Part shown: piece by piece, positions 12,636 through 23,690 of the stretch
Layout: every line of letters starts with the position of its first letter
Numbering within the stretch: position 1 is the stretch's first letter
DNA from: Chiloscyllium plagiosum
Taxonomy: Eukaryota
Assembly: GCF_004010195.1 (NCBI RefSeq)
Contig: NC_057752.1
Location: forward strand, 4,093,286 to 4,150,276
Length of the DNA stretch: 56,991 nucleotides
Direction: 5' to 3'
Program-made: the position numbers and the translations under genes
Notes under the pieces: generated by a model
Told to the model about the DNA's origin: nothing
The model's input: only the letters and a program-made list of their open reading frames with translations
The model's database searches: none

Positions 12636-12722
12636 CTGTGGTGCAGTGATAGTTCTCCTACCTCTGGGTTAGCAGGCCCAGGTTCAAGTCCCACCTGGCA
12701 CAGACTGTGCTATAACATATCC
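12636..12722 (+). mobile_element. tRNA-derived SINE head
   Basis: A-box-like tggtgcagtgatag and B-box ggttcaagtccc. Confidence 0.55.
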
Positions 12723-12865
12723 AAATTGATGGAAAACTGACAAGAATCAGTTTCTGCTTAGGTAGGGCTGGTCAGTGGAATGGAAATTGAATCTGCACCA
12801 AAGCGGTATTAGATACTGTAAGTAAACTGACATGGAAGACAGACTAACTCTCCCTTTGTCAGATG

Positions 12866-13048
12866 ATGTGGAGGAGCCGGTGTTGACTGGGGTGTACAAA
12901 GATAAAAATCACACAACATCAGGTTATTGTCCAACAGGTTTATTTGGAAGCACTAGCTTTCAGAATGTTACCACCTGATGAAGGAGCAGTGCTCCTAAAG
13001 TTAGTGCTTCCAAACAAACCTGTTGGACTATAACCTAGTGATTTTTAA
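12866..13048. mobile_element. Palindromic mini-PLE, family A, with degenerate hammerhead core
   Basis: Inverted arms; ctgatgaaggagcagtgctcctaaag; TSD ctttgtcagatg (12854-12865) / ctttgtcaaatg (13049-13060). Confidence 0.85.
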
Positions 13049-14879
13049 CTTTGTCAAATGGATATTTACCAGATTAATATCTTGTTAATGGTTAACTGTT
13101 AAATGTTATCATAAGATCAAGAATCAAATTTTAGATCTTGTGATCAGCGTGATGCTTTTCTTCTTTTTGTTACTCAGCCATTCTGTCCAAAGTCTCCCCC
13201 CACATCTCCCTCCTAATCCTGAGGCCTTTCTTTTACTTCATCTTGACTGCAATGAGTGAAGTATTTTCCTCAGAGACATAGCATGGTTAACATGCTGCCT
13301 TACATGCCTGCCTGTTCTCCATACAGCCGTTTAATCCTTTCAAAATGAATATGCAAACAATGACATTCAAATCTGTCATAAAAACTATTTGCCCAAGAGC
13401 AGTGCCCAACCCCCATAAGATCCATGCAACACTTTATTTTTTCTACATATTTCCCACACTCCTGCTACCCCCTCCCTGACCACACCCCACTCATTATCTC
13501 ATCAGTCTGTCTGCAAGAGATGCACAAACATGGAATGAAACTTTCTCTGACTTTGTCTCTGTCCCTCCCTCCCCTGCAGGGAAGCACAGATAAGAGTACA
13601 AACTCAGCATAGAGCACAGGTTGGAGGTAGGCTGGGTTCTGTCAAGCAGTGTCACAACATAGTGACTTTCCCTAGTGGCAGTGTGAAGGACACATCTATT
13701 TTACTAACTTGCAGGAGCTGCACTCTCCCACTCATCATTGAACTCTCCAGGTTTAGCACTAAGTCAAAGCTGCAAACAGATTGGGTGCTAAAATTTAAGG
13801 GAATACTCACTCCTTTTTTCTTGTCACATTATATCAACACCTGATTTAGGCTGCATAGATAGATATGAATCACAAAACACAAGACAAAGCCACTAAGCCC
13901 ATCACTTCTGAACTAATTTTACAAGGCAGTTATCTAAGTAGCTATCTCCGACCTTTCCCTCTAGCCTATAGCCATAAAATATTAAAGAGTACTCCAGTTT
14001 CCCTTGTGCAACCTCTTATTAAATTTTCTTCCATTGTCCTTTTAAGCATCTTGTGACCACTCTGCGTCACAGGCTTGGGCTCAGCTCTGAAGCCTTCTAT
14101 CAAGGAATAGCTGGACAACACTGCCTCGAGTAGGGGTGAAGTATCAGAGAGATACTGAGAGTGATAGAACCATATCCTAGCGGTATACACCACGTTCAGG
14201 AGCAGAGCCGAGCAAACTGGGAAATTGGCATCTTGGAAAATGTCATTATCCTTCATGGTTTATGTCCTTTCTTAAGATGTTGCATATTTCATTCATATTT
14301 TGTAGGGTTTCACGAAAGAATTATTGTCAAAAAGCAGCACAGCAGATTAGTGTATCATAAAATAAATAAAGCACACAAGAAGGCCATTCAGCGATTGAAT
14401 CTGCACTGACTCTTTCAAATTGCAATCAAGTTAGTCCCACTCCCCTGCTTTTCCCCATGCCTCTGCAAATTTTTTCTCCTTCAAGTATTTTTCTAATTCC
14501 CTTTTGAAGGCAACTATCAAATCTGTATTCACCTTATCAGGCAGTACATTCCAAATTGTAACTACTTGCTAGGAAACCTTTTTCCTCATCATCTCTGGTT
14601 CTTTAATAGTTGGTTACTTGAAATCAATGGCCCCTTCCTGATCCTTTGTCACACATGCGACAGCTGTAGTAAATATTGACCATGTATGTTGCTGTCTTAA
14701 TTTTCACATAAAGCAGTAAGATTTCACAAGCTGAAAGTATTTTTTATTCCCTGATGTGACTCTGTTCTATGTTTATTTCTTACCATGGTTTTTAAAAATA
14801 AAACTTGAGGTAAAACTACTTCCATTTTGTTTTTCTACTGCATGCACTAACCAGAGTTGAGAGAGCAGTCAGAGACTTG

Positions 14880-15238
14880 ATCTGCAACATTCCCTAGGAC
14901 CTTATCATTAAGTGTATAAGTCCTGCTAAAATTTGCCTTTCCAAAATGCAGCACCTCACATTTATCTGAATTAAACTCCATCAGCCCATCTGATCAAGAT
15001 CCCGTTGTACTCTGACGTAACCTTCTTTGCTATGCACTACACCTCCATTTTTGGTGTCATCTGCAAACTTACTAACTACTCCTGTGTTCACATCCAAATC
15101 ATTTATATAAATGATGAAAAGTAGTGGACCCGGCACCAAGACTTGTGGCACTCCACTGGTCACAGGCCTCCAGTCTGAAAAACAACCTTCCACCACCACT
15201 TTCTATCCTCTACCTTAGAACTAGTTCTGTATCCAAAT
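14880..15238 (-). mobile_element. HER1/CR1 RT fragment
   Basis: ORF 14981-15199: SDWRPVTSGVPQVLVPGPLLFIIYINDLD..KFADDTK. Confidence 0.93.
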
Positions 15239-15240
15239 GA

Positions 15241-15767
15241 TCAGACTGATTCTAATCTAAAAAACGGATTTACAGAATCTTACATGGATTCATGCATTAT
15301 TTGAGCAAACTAAAATGTAATTCTGCAAGTTATTTAGATTAGAATCCGTTTTTTTAGATTAGAATCAGTCTGACCATTGTGGCACAGACAGCCTCACAGG
15401 GAGCTAACACCTTCAATACCTTATCTGGGCCGACATGACACCAATTGTTAAAGTTCATTTGAGAATGTAACTTCTAAAAAAGTTTTGCAATTTACATATG
15501 AAAGAACTGAAACCAACATGGTCATTCTAAAAGATGAGAGACTTAATAAACAATCCAGGTCTTTTTCAATATATAATTTCAGTTACATCACACTGTAAAC
15601 TTTTGCTATAAATTCTGTGTCTTACAATCTTATTCTCCACAATCATCTGATGAAGGAGCAGTGCTCCGAAAGCTAGTGCTTCGAATTAAACCTGGTGGAC
15701 AATAACGTAGTGTTGTGTGATTTTTAACTTTGTACACCCCAGTCCAACATCAGCATCTCCAAATCAT
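15241..15767 (+). mobile_element. PLE family A 3' UTR/terminal repeat with short inverted 5' segment
   Basis: 15241-15330 is inverted relative to the UTR (compare 49545-49640); 15343-15767 is colinear with 49605-50309 and ends in the tail gtacaccccagtccaacatcagcatctccaaatcat. Confidence 0.85.
15644..15678 (+). ncRNA. Minimal hammerhead ribozyme motif (family A, intact)
   Basis: cat-CTGATGA-A-GGAGC-AGT-GCTCC-GAAA-GCTA-gtg: core, 5-bp stem II, palindromic AGCU stem III, predicted cleavage after CUA (15675), 3-bp stem I. Confidence 0.75.
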
Positions 15768-15899
15768 ATTCCATCTCAGTCATTCAGATTTATTGTGATT
15801 ACTTGGGGGCTACTTTGTTTTTTTACTGGCAGAGCATTTCACAAAGTGTTCATGTGCAGAACTTTCCGCATGCACAATTTGAACTTTTCAGAGGTGTCA

Positions 15900-16335
15900 G
15901 TGGACTCAGCCATAAAACAAAGTTTGACACTGAGCCACATAAGGAGAAATTAGGTGTGATGAACAAAAGCTTGGTCAAAGAGAGATGTTTTAACAAGTAT
16001 ATTAACAGGTAATTGAGCTAGAAGATGCAGGAAGAGAATTCCAGGGCTTAGGTAGCTGTAGGCACAACTATTAATGGGTAAATAAAATTGGGGTTGCACA
16101 AGAAACCAGAACTGGATGATTGTAGAGTTTTTGGGTGATTACGGGGCTAGAGCCTATTACAGAGCTGGGTATTGTTGGGGGGGTTGGGTTGCGGGGTGGA
16201 GACAAGACTGCAATTTGAAAACAACGATCAAATTTTAATGTCAAGGTGCTGCCTTTCTCGAGATAATTTAGGTAAACAAGCACAGCGGTGATGGGGACAT
16301 GGAACTTGCAATGGATTAAGACATGGGCAGCAGGG
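15900..16335 (-). mobile_element. L2 LINE 3' fragment, old
   Basis: aaagcttggtcaaagagagatgttttaac..gagaattccagggcttagg..ttgaaaacaacgatcaaattttaa is the reverse complement of the L2 tail. Confidence 0.55.
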
Positions 16336-16387
16336 CAATCCTTTCCTATGATCCCTGTACTCATTTTTGGGCTTTGCACAATTTCAC

Positions 16388-16882
16388 AATTGGAAAGGGT
16401 TCAAAAAAGATTTACAAGGATGCTGCCAGGGTTGGAGGGTCTATGCCATCAGGAGAGGCTGAACAGACTGGCACTATTTTTTTCTGTGGCATCAGAAGCT
16501 GAGGGGTGACTTTATAGAGGTTTATAAAATCATGAGGGGCATGAATAGAGTAAACAGGCATGGTCTTTTCCCCAGAGTGGGGAGTCCAAAACTAGAGGGC
16601 ATAGGTTTAAGGTGAGAGGGGAAAGATTTAAAAGAGACTAAGGGGCAACATTTTCATGCAGAGGCTGGTGCATGTATGGAAAAAGCTGCCACAGGAAGTG
16701 GTGGAGGCCAGTACAATTACAACATTTAAAAGGCATCTGGATGATTATATGAATAGGAAGGGTTCAGAGGGATATGGGCTAAATGCTGGCAAATGGGACT
16801 AGTTTAAATTAGGATAGCTGGTTGGCATGAACAAGTTGGACCGAAGGATCTGTTTCTGAGTTGTATATCTCTATGATTCTAT
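16388..16882 (+). mobile_element. HER1/CR1 LINE 3' end
   Basis: LERVQKRFTRMLPGLEGL, gagggggtgactttatagaggtttataaaatcatgagg, tail gttggaccgaaggatctgtttc..tctctatgattctat. Confidence 0.92.
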
Positions 16883-17574
16883 AACAGTTCAGCAGAAAGA
16901 GTCGTGAATGGTCAGCGAAAGCTCATCTGAGAAGCACATGGTGCAGAAGTAACTTCACCTACAGGAGCCCAGCATGGGTCTGAAGGTCAAAGTGGCAGCA
17001 GAAAGAGACCCCTGGGAATTGCCTAAAATACATTCCTGAATTTCTTGCCAAACCACAGTTTGTTATCACAGTTCTGCCTAAAGGGTGAGGTTGGCATGGG
17101 GTGGGGCTGTTGAAAATGAAGCAATTGTTCATAAGCTGCTTTGCATATAGCCCAGCTTGATCATGGATGGCTTCTATGTAAATGTATCCTAAAAAACAAA
17201 ACGTCAACGGATAGGTCAAAGTATAACTTATGGTATTCTCTTTGTTGCTTGAATGGAAAGGTGAAGGGAGCTGGACATCTGATAGTAACTGTTGGTGATG
17301 TTACTGGATGAGCACTTTTATTACACTCCTTCATCACCTATTTTAATAGAAAGGTTAACCTGTTCTTTTTCACTCAGTTGCTCCTGCAGGGAAATGAATA
17401 TCATTTGTTCACTAAAATCGCCAATCATCATGCCTGGTGTTTAGTTCCTGGTGTGAAGAAGAGTCGTGGAGCTTCCAAGGATCTCAGTCTAGTGTCCAAC
17501 AGATCTTAAGTTTACAGGTTGAAACTCCAATAAATTTCATTTTTATGGCCAATAATGCCTGGACATGATTCCTA

Positions 17575-17995
17575 CAACATTCAAGAGGTTCGACATGATC
17601 CAGGACAAACAGGGCCACTTGAACAGCATTCACCCAATATCTTCAACATTTACTCCTTCCAGCACCAACACACAGTAGCAGCAGTGTGTACCATCTACAA
17701 GATGCACTGCAACAACTCCTCAAAGACCCTCTAAAATCATCTTTCAAATCCACGACTACTACCACCGAGAAGGGCAGCAGATTCATGGGAATACCACCAC
17801 ATGAAAGCTCCCCTCCAAGCCACACAAGATCCTGACTTAGAAATATATCGCCTTTCCTTCAGTGTCACTGGTTCAAAATTCTGGAACTTCCTCCTTATCG
17901 TCATTGTGGGTCTACCTACAGCACATGGACTGTGGTTCAAGAAGGCAACTCACCACCATCTTGCACAGGGCAATTAGAGATGGGCAATAAATATC
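17575..17995 (+). mobile_element. 3' end of CR1/L2-superfamily (Zenon-like) LINE
   Basis: Reverse complement of 28095-28520 and 33290-33720; tail gggcaattagagatgggcaataaa. Confidence 0.75.
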
Positions 17996-18539
17996 ATGAA
18001 ACTTCCAGAAATTCATCTAATGAAAGTGAGCAACTCTAACTGCACCCAGTTGTGGCACTACCCTCACCCAACCTCCACATAAGTGCACTTCTCAAGAAAG
18101 ATAGTGATCAGGAGCAGAAATTCCTCTTCCTCACCCTAATATTGGCAAAGGTCAAGTGATCTGCTCCAAATGTTGCCACAGTTCAGATCACCAAAGGCTG
18201 AAATTGAATTTTTGGGCCCTTTTCGACCAGTATGGGCACTGGACAATGACAGTCCTTTAAGGTTTGCAGGTGAGGTGACACTTGTGAAGGGTGCTGCAAT
18301 GTTCTAGTCTCCTGAGATTTTAAAACAAAATAAAAACAAGATATTAAGTTCTGTTCATCTGGTATTGAATATTGCTTCAATCATATGTGAAATTCAAACA
18401 GAAATTGCTCGAAATACTCAGCAATATTTGTAGAGGGAGAAACTGAGATAATGTTTCAGAACCTTTACAGCATTGTGCACAGTGCTGGTTTTCATTCTAT
18501 AAAAATGACATAAAGATTCAAAAATGTTACATTTGGTTG

Positions 18540-18900
18540 ATCTCAGAAAGTTTTATCAGGGAAGTTTGAACAGGCTGTGGCTCGAGAAAAGAGAAGGCTG
18601 ATGCATAGTATTTTAAAATTGGAAAAGAATACGTTCATGCTAATGGAGAGAAGATATTTCCACTTGCAGGCAAGAGCAGAACCATTAGTCATGTGGTCTT
18701 AATAAATCCAAAAGAAAATGTTGGAGAAACATCTTTACATCAAGAGTGGTCAGAACATGAAACTCATTACTACAGGGAGTGTTTGAGGTGAATAACATGA
18801 TTACATTTAAGGCAATGTTTGACAGGCATATGAGAAAGGGAACAGCAAGATTATACTGAAATGAAACAAGTTGGGAGGATGCTTGCATGGAGCAGAAATA
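18540..18900 (+). mobile_element. Old CR1 3' end
   Basis: gaaaagagaaggctga, ggagaaacatctttacatcaagagtggtcagaacatgaaactc, gggaggatgcttgcatggagc. Confidence 0.55.
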
Positions 18901-19290
18901 TCGCCACACCCAGTGCAAACCCTTAACAGCCAAAGTTTGACATAAATGCATCTGTCAGTTATGACATACTTATTCGCACATTTGTCACCAAATCACAAGG
19001 TTCCAGTTGCAAGCCATTGTCAAGATCTGAATACAGAAATAAAGGCTGAAATCTGACATTGAGTGAGTGCTGTCTTTTTGGATGAGATGCTAACCGAGGA
19101 TCTGATTTGCATGTTCAGGTGGCTGTGAAAGACCCCTTTCGAACTATATTGAAGAAGTATCAGTTGAATAACCACAGTAACCTAACCGAACCTAATCTCC
19201 CTCGATCAACAGCACCAGATAAAGATCTAGTCATTATCACATTGCTCTTTGTGGAAGCTTGCTGTGCACAAATTGACTGGTGCATTTCTT

Positions 19291-19519
19291 AGCTGAAAAT
19301 GTGTTGCTGGAAAAGCGCAGCAGGTCAGGCAGCATCCAAGGAACAGGAGAATCGACGTTTCGGGCATAAGCCCTTCTTCAGGAAAGGCTGATTCCTGAAG
19401 AAGGGCTTATGCCCGAAACGTCGATTCTCCTGTTCCTTGGATGCTGCCTGACCTGCTGCGCTTTTCCAGCAACACATTTTCAGCTCTGATCTCCAGCATC
19501 TGCAGCCCTCACTTTCTTT
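19291..19519. mobile_element. Palindromic mini-PLE, family B (perfect 94-bp arms)
   Basis: 19291-19384 is the reverse complement of 19392-19485 with a 7-nt spacer; ~34-nt tail; TSD ctggtgcatttctta (19277-19291, 19520-19534). Confidence 0.92.
19392..19425 (+). ncRNA. Minimal hammerhead ribozyme motif (family B); mirror copy on the minus strand at 19351-19384
   Basis: CTGAAGA-A-GGGC-TTAT-GCCC-GAAAC-GTC; palindromic ACGU stem III, GUC triplet. Confidence 0.75.
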
Positions 19520-19730
19520 CTGGTGCATTTCTTACATTTACAACAGTGACTATAATTAAGAAAGTATTTCATTGGCTGTAAAGCTTTATGAGACATCTGA
19601 TGGTCCTGCAAAGAGCTATATAAATGCAAGTATTTGCTTTTATTTTTAAAGTCTGCATCCTTCATCACAAGGAGCAAGGATTGGCTGCTTCTGGAACTGG
19701 TAAAGAAATACTTCACTGCATTAAGATTTA

Positions 19731-20078
19731 AAGTCATAGAATCATAGAGATGTACAGCATGGAAACAGACCCTTTGGTCCAACCCATCCATGCCAACCAG
19801 ATATCCCAACCCAATCTAGTCCCACCTGCCAGCACCCGGCCCATATCCATCCAAACCCTTCCTATTCATATACCCATCCAAATGCCTCTTAAATGTTGCA
19901 ATTGTACCAGCCTCCATCACTTCCTCTGGCAGCTCATTCCATACACGTACCACCCTCTGCGTGAAAAAGTTGCCCCTTAGGTCTCTTTTTATATCTTTCC
20001 CCTTTCACCCTAAACCTATGCTCTCTAGTTCTGGACTCCCCAACCCCAGGGAAAAGATTTTGCCTATTTATCCTATCA
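19731..20078 (-). mobile_element. HER1/CR1 LINE 3' end
   Basis: (agtcatag)-type tail, gatgtacagcatggaaacagaccc, ESRTREHRFRVKGER. Confidence 0.9.
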
Positions 20079-20312
20079 TGTAGATTGAGCTTCAGTCTCC
20101 ACGGACATCGTAACTGCAACTTAACAACCAAGCAAAAAGAGATTATTTAAATCTATTACAAACATTCACTAAGTAGTGAAAGAATTCATACCTCCACCTT
20201 AATTTAATTAAGTGGGGAATTTAAGCAGAATGGAAGGTAATTTTCTACAGTACTCAAATTTTAAAAAAATTAGTACACAGTTGTGAGCCCATTTTGGGGT
20301 TAATGACTGACA

Positions 20313-20660
20313 AAAGAAAGATGTATAGGCTTTCCCATTCTTAGGACATCCTGAAGCACTTCACAGCCAATTTGAACTGTGGTCACTGTTGTAATGTTGG
20401 ATATTGAACTAATTTGGGCACCGCAAAAAAACACAATCAGCTCCCACAAACTGCAATGAGTGAACAACCAGATCATTTCTCACAGCAACGTTCAGAAGAG
20501 GATGTTGGCCAGGACCTGGGGAATCACCAATGCTCTTCTTTGAATCATGCCCAGGATCTGATGTATCTTCCCAAGAAGGGGTAGGAAGGATCTCAGTTAA
20601 ATGCCTCATCTGAAGGATGACTCCTCTGACCGTGCAGCGCTCCTTCAGTCTCCGAAGGGG
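20313..20660 (-). mobile_element. DeuSINE
   Basis: aggacatcctgaagcacttcacagccaat..gtcactgttgtaatgt..ctcccacaaac..ggccaggac..ctcatctgaagga. Confidence 0.7.
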
Positions 20661-20994
20661 GCCTTGATCTGGAAGCAACGTTGGTACCCACTGATTCTTG
20701 GCTAACAACATTTATCTGCTTCTTCTGCACACAGAAACTTGTGTAACACATCCTTTCTCGTTAACTAGTTTGATAAGAGCATTTAGCTTATTCAAAGGCT
20801 GCTGTTCTCAGATAGGGGACCATTCACACAGGAACAATACTTTGTTCCTGGTACAATAAACATGAATTTGCTTAAGAAACACCAAAGTGGTTGTAGTCTC
20901 TGGGGAAGAATGCAATGTAGCAGTGCTCTCCTGTCTGTACAGTGAATACGTATGAAGGTTTTCATCTTCATTTGATAAATATAATACAGTCACC

Positions 20995-21180
20995 AAAGTC
21001 CTACTCTCCTATTAGAGGCAGGTAATTGATGGTGATTTCACTTGAGGGTTACCACATCTTAGGCAAGGGGAGAGGTTAAGAAGGAAAGCCATCTACAATA
21101 ACATGAGCTAGAGTAGGAATCAAACTCATGCTGTTGGCATTCCTCTATGTAACAAACCAGTCACCCTGCCAACTGAACTA
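20995..21180 (-). mobile_element. tRNA-derived SINE (second copy at 55505-55700)
   Basis: Shared gagggttaccacatcttaggcaagggg..ggaatcaaactc (B box, minus strand)..gccaactgaacta (A box, minus strand). Confidence 0.6.
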
Positions 21181-21540
21181 ATTTGATTAAATTGTGGTTA
21201 AATTGTCTATCTTTTGCTGTAAATGTGATTGTTACTAGAAAGGTGATGGCTTTGATCCATGTACAAAGGAAGCAAAGGGCTTGTCAAGTTATTGCTCCCC
21301 CTTGATATTGTCCATATGACAACCATATTTGCAACAAGAGCGCAGCTGCAAGGAGGCAATTTTACTCCCAGTAAAAATTGAATCCATTGGAAGACAAGAC
21401 CATGATATATCTATGCTGTTTGCATTCAATTATTTTTTTTTAAATCCTAATCCAACTTTTGTTCACCCACCTTCTTGTTACACATGTTTTGGAACAGGCA
21501 CAATCAACCCAGGCGAAAAGTATACCCTTGTACTCCTGTA

Positions 21541-21635
21541 GATTGTAACGAAGTCAGCCAGGTGGACAACATAGAATATGAGTTCCCTTATTGGGGCCGT
21601 TAATCTGGTCAATCAGGGAGCCCTGGCTGACAGGT
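21541..21635 (+). repeat. ~95-nt dispersed structured repeat (second copy)
   Basis: gtcagccagg (21553-21562) / cctggctgac (21622-21631) inverted repeat; matches 12297-12392. Confidence 0.7.
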
Positions 21636-22047
21636 GGACTTAGTTGTTAGCACTGTTCAGAGTGTGGTGCTGGAAAAGCACAGCAGGTTAGGCAGTATCA
21701 GAGGAGCAGGAGAATCGACGTTTCAGGTATAAGCCCTTCATCAGGAATGATCGGGAAGGGCTAATGCCTGAAGCGTCAATTTTCCTGCTCCTCGGATGCT
21801 GCCTGACCTGCTGTGCTTTTCCCGCACCACACTCTCGACTCTGATCGCCAGCATCTGCAGTCCTCACATTCTCCTGGTTAGCTCTGTTGCCTCACAGCGC
21901 CAGGTACCCAGATTCAATTCCTCCCTTGAGCTACTGTCTGTGTGGAGTTTGCACATTCTCCCCGTGCCTGTGGAGGTTTCCTCCAGGTGCTCCAGTTTCC
22001 TTCCACGGTCCAAAGGTGTGCATATCAGGTGGACTGACCATGCTAAA
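21633..22047 (+). mobile_element. HE1 V-SINE interrupted in its tRNA head by a mini-PLE
   Basis: gttagc.ctgttgcctcacagcgccagg..ctgtctgtgtggagtttgcacattctcccc V-domain. Confidence 0.85.
21658..21876. mobile_element. Palindromic mini-PLE, family B
   Basis: Inverted arms agagtgtggtgctggaaaagcacagcagg / cctgctgtgcttttcccgcaccacactct; TSD gttagcactgtt (21646-21657) / gttagctctgtt (21877-21888); degenerate hammerhead cores. Confidence 0.85.
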
Positions 22048-23344
22048 TAAAATACTCAGTAGGTGGCAGTATTGCCTAACAAAACGATCTGCAGAGCCTT
22101 CACAATGATCCCTTTGTACTTGCAGATGCAACCACTCCCCTGATCTCAAGCCATTCCTATCACGTAGAACTTTATCTGTCTGACATGTTCGAGGGTCTTA
22201 TTGAAGAGAATAACACCATGTCACGACTTGCCAATTTTCTGGAAAATTGTACAAGATAAATGATTGTAATGTGCACAATGTGGATAGAAAGATGTAAATT
22301 TCTTTCATCAGGAAAGCAGCCTATTCTGTACATTTTGCATGACTTTAAAAACATCTACATTCCTTTCAAACAGGTTGCCACAGGCTAAACCTGGGTGTGG
22401 TGGATAATCATCCGATTCCATGGAAAAGACTTTAAACAGATTAGGTCATTTTGTGAATAGATTTAAAGCGTGTTTCTGGGGTATTTGATTAATTTTTTTA
22501 TCAACGATAAAGTTCACTGTCTTTTAACTTAAAGCAGAGCCTGCACCTACATAACGCTATCATGAAAATTAAAACCTCTTGTAAACTGGGCAAGAACCAA
22601 GTGACATGTAATAAGATGGGTGAGAAAGATCCAGTTGGCCCCTCCAACATGTCCTATTCAGTAATGAACCTGACAGCCTTAGACACCTGGGACAGGGTGA
22701 CAAGTTACAATTTCATATGGTAGAAAAGTAAGGACAATTTGTCTCCAACATGGTGGCATGATCTAAACTACCCCAAGACATTAGGATCTCAAAGTGGCAC
22801 AGAAAATTGACTTTGGACTTGCATTTTTTCTATTTTATTTCTGTATTACTCTTTGCCCACACACTGCCTAGTCATCTTTCCCCTTCTCCCAAAGCTCCTT
22901 GAGCTGGGTTCTGGCTGGGGTAAGGTTGGCCATGATGAGTTCTGCATTCACTATGGATGTGTGATTCTGCACTGAGCCTTGGCCAAGTTTTCACCATACA
23001 GAGGGTTTTGGGGATCGGGAGTATGGGTTTTTGGGGGATGAAGTGGGGAATGGTTGTTGGTCTTAGCGGGAAGTTGGTTTTTATGTTTGAGCCCACCCCA
23101 TTCTTACTCTGCACAATTCCTAACAAGGGATTGACCAGATGAAGATGAGGAGTGCCCTGATGAGTTTTTCCCATTTTCCTGCTATTTACAATTGAACTCC
23201 AAACCCTGCTGAAACAAACTGACAAAAGCCAGTCTGTGGATTGGGGCTTGGAATTTGGTGTCGTGCATGGCTCAGTTAAAAGCACAGGGCCATTGTCAAC
23301 GATCAAGGAGTAACAGCCCTGTGCCTTTGACCACAACTTAATTT

Positions 23345-23690
23345 ATACAGTGACTTTGAGGGAAAGCCCCAAGGTTCCTGCACAGGAACAATCATGCAGC
23401 AATATATTTCATTATGATATATATTGGGGTGTGCATCCTATGGTTTAAGGTATCTTAAATGTGGCAAAGTAGAAAAGTAAAGAAACTTAGGGAATTTCAG
23501 AGCTTTGAGTCCAGGCAGCCGAAGGCACAGCCACCAGTGATAGAGCAATCAAAATCAGTGATATGCAAGTGACCAGACTTAGTTGAATTCAGAGATCTCA
23601 AAGGGTTTTGGGGCTGGAGGGGTTTACAGAAATAGGAAGGTGGTGAGGCCACAGAGAGATTTGAGAACAAGGATGAGAATTTTAATATCA
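23345..23690 (-). mobile_element. L2 LINE 3' fragment
   Basis: Minus-strand ILKFSSLFSNLSVASPPSYFCKPLQP..RSLNS..GGCAF, L2-type C-terminus. Confidence 0.65.

Larger units (their letters stand above)
18985..19640 (+). mobile_element. DeuSINE (SacSINE1/AmnSINE1-like) interrupted by a mini-PLE
   Basis: Deu-domain ggatgagatgctaaccgagg..tcaggtgg..aaagaccc, tgtggaagcttgctgtgcacaaattg, tail ttggctgtaaagc..gctatataaatgcaagt. Confidence 0.75.

Noticed and set aside
16955..17025. Minus-strand exon GNSQGSLSAATLTFRPMLGSC
   Set aside because: Acceptor plausible but donor weak, and the peptide was not recognised.
19291..19485. pre-miRNA or DNA-transposon MITE
   Set aside because: The arms match the terminus of the RT-bearing PLE (35610-35696), and TSD lengths vary (9-16 bp), unlike the fixed TSDs of cut-and-paste transposons.
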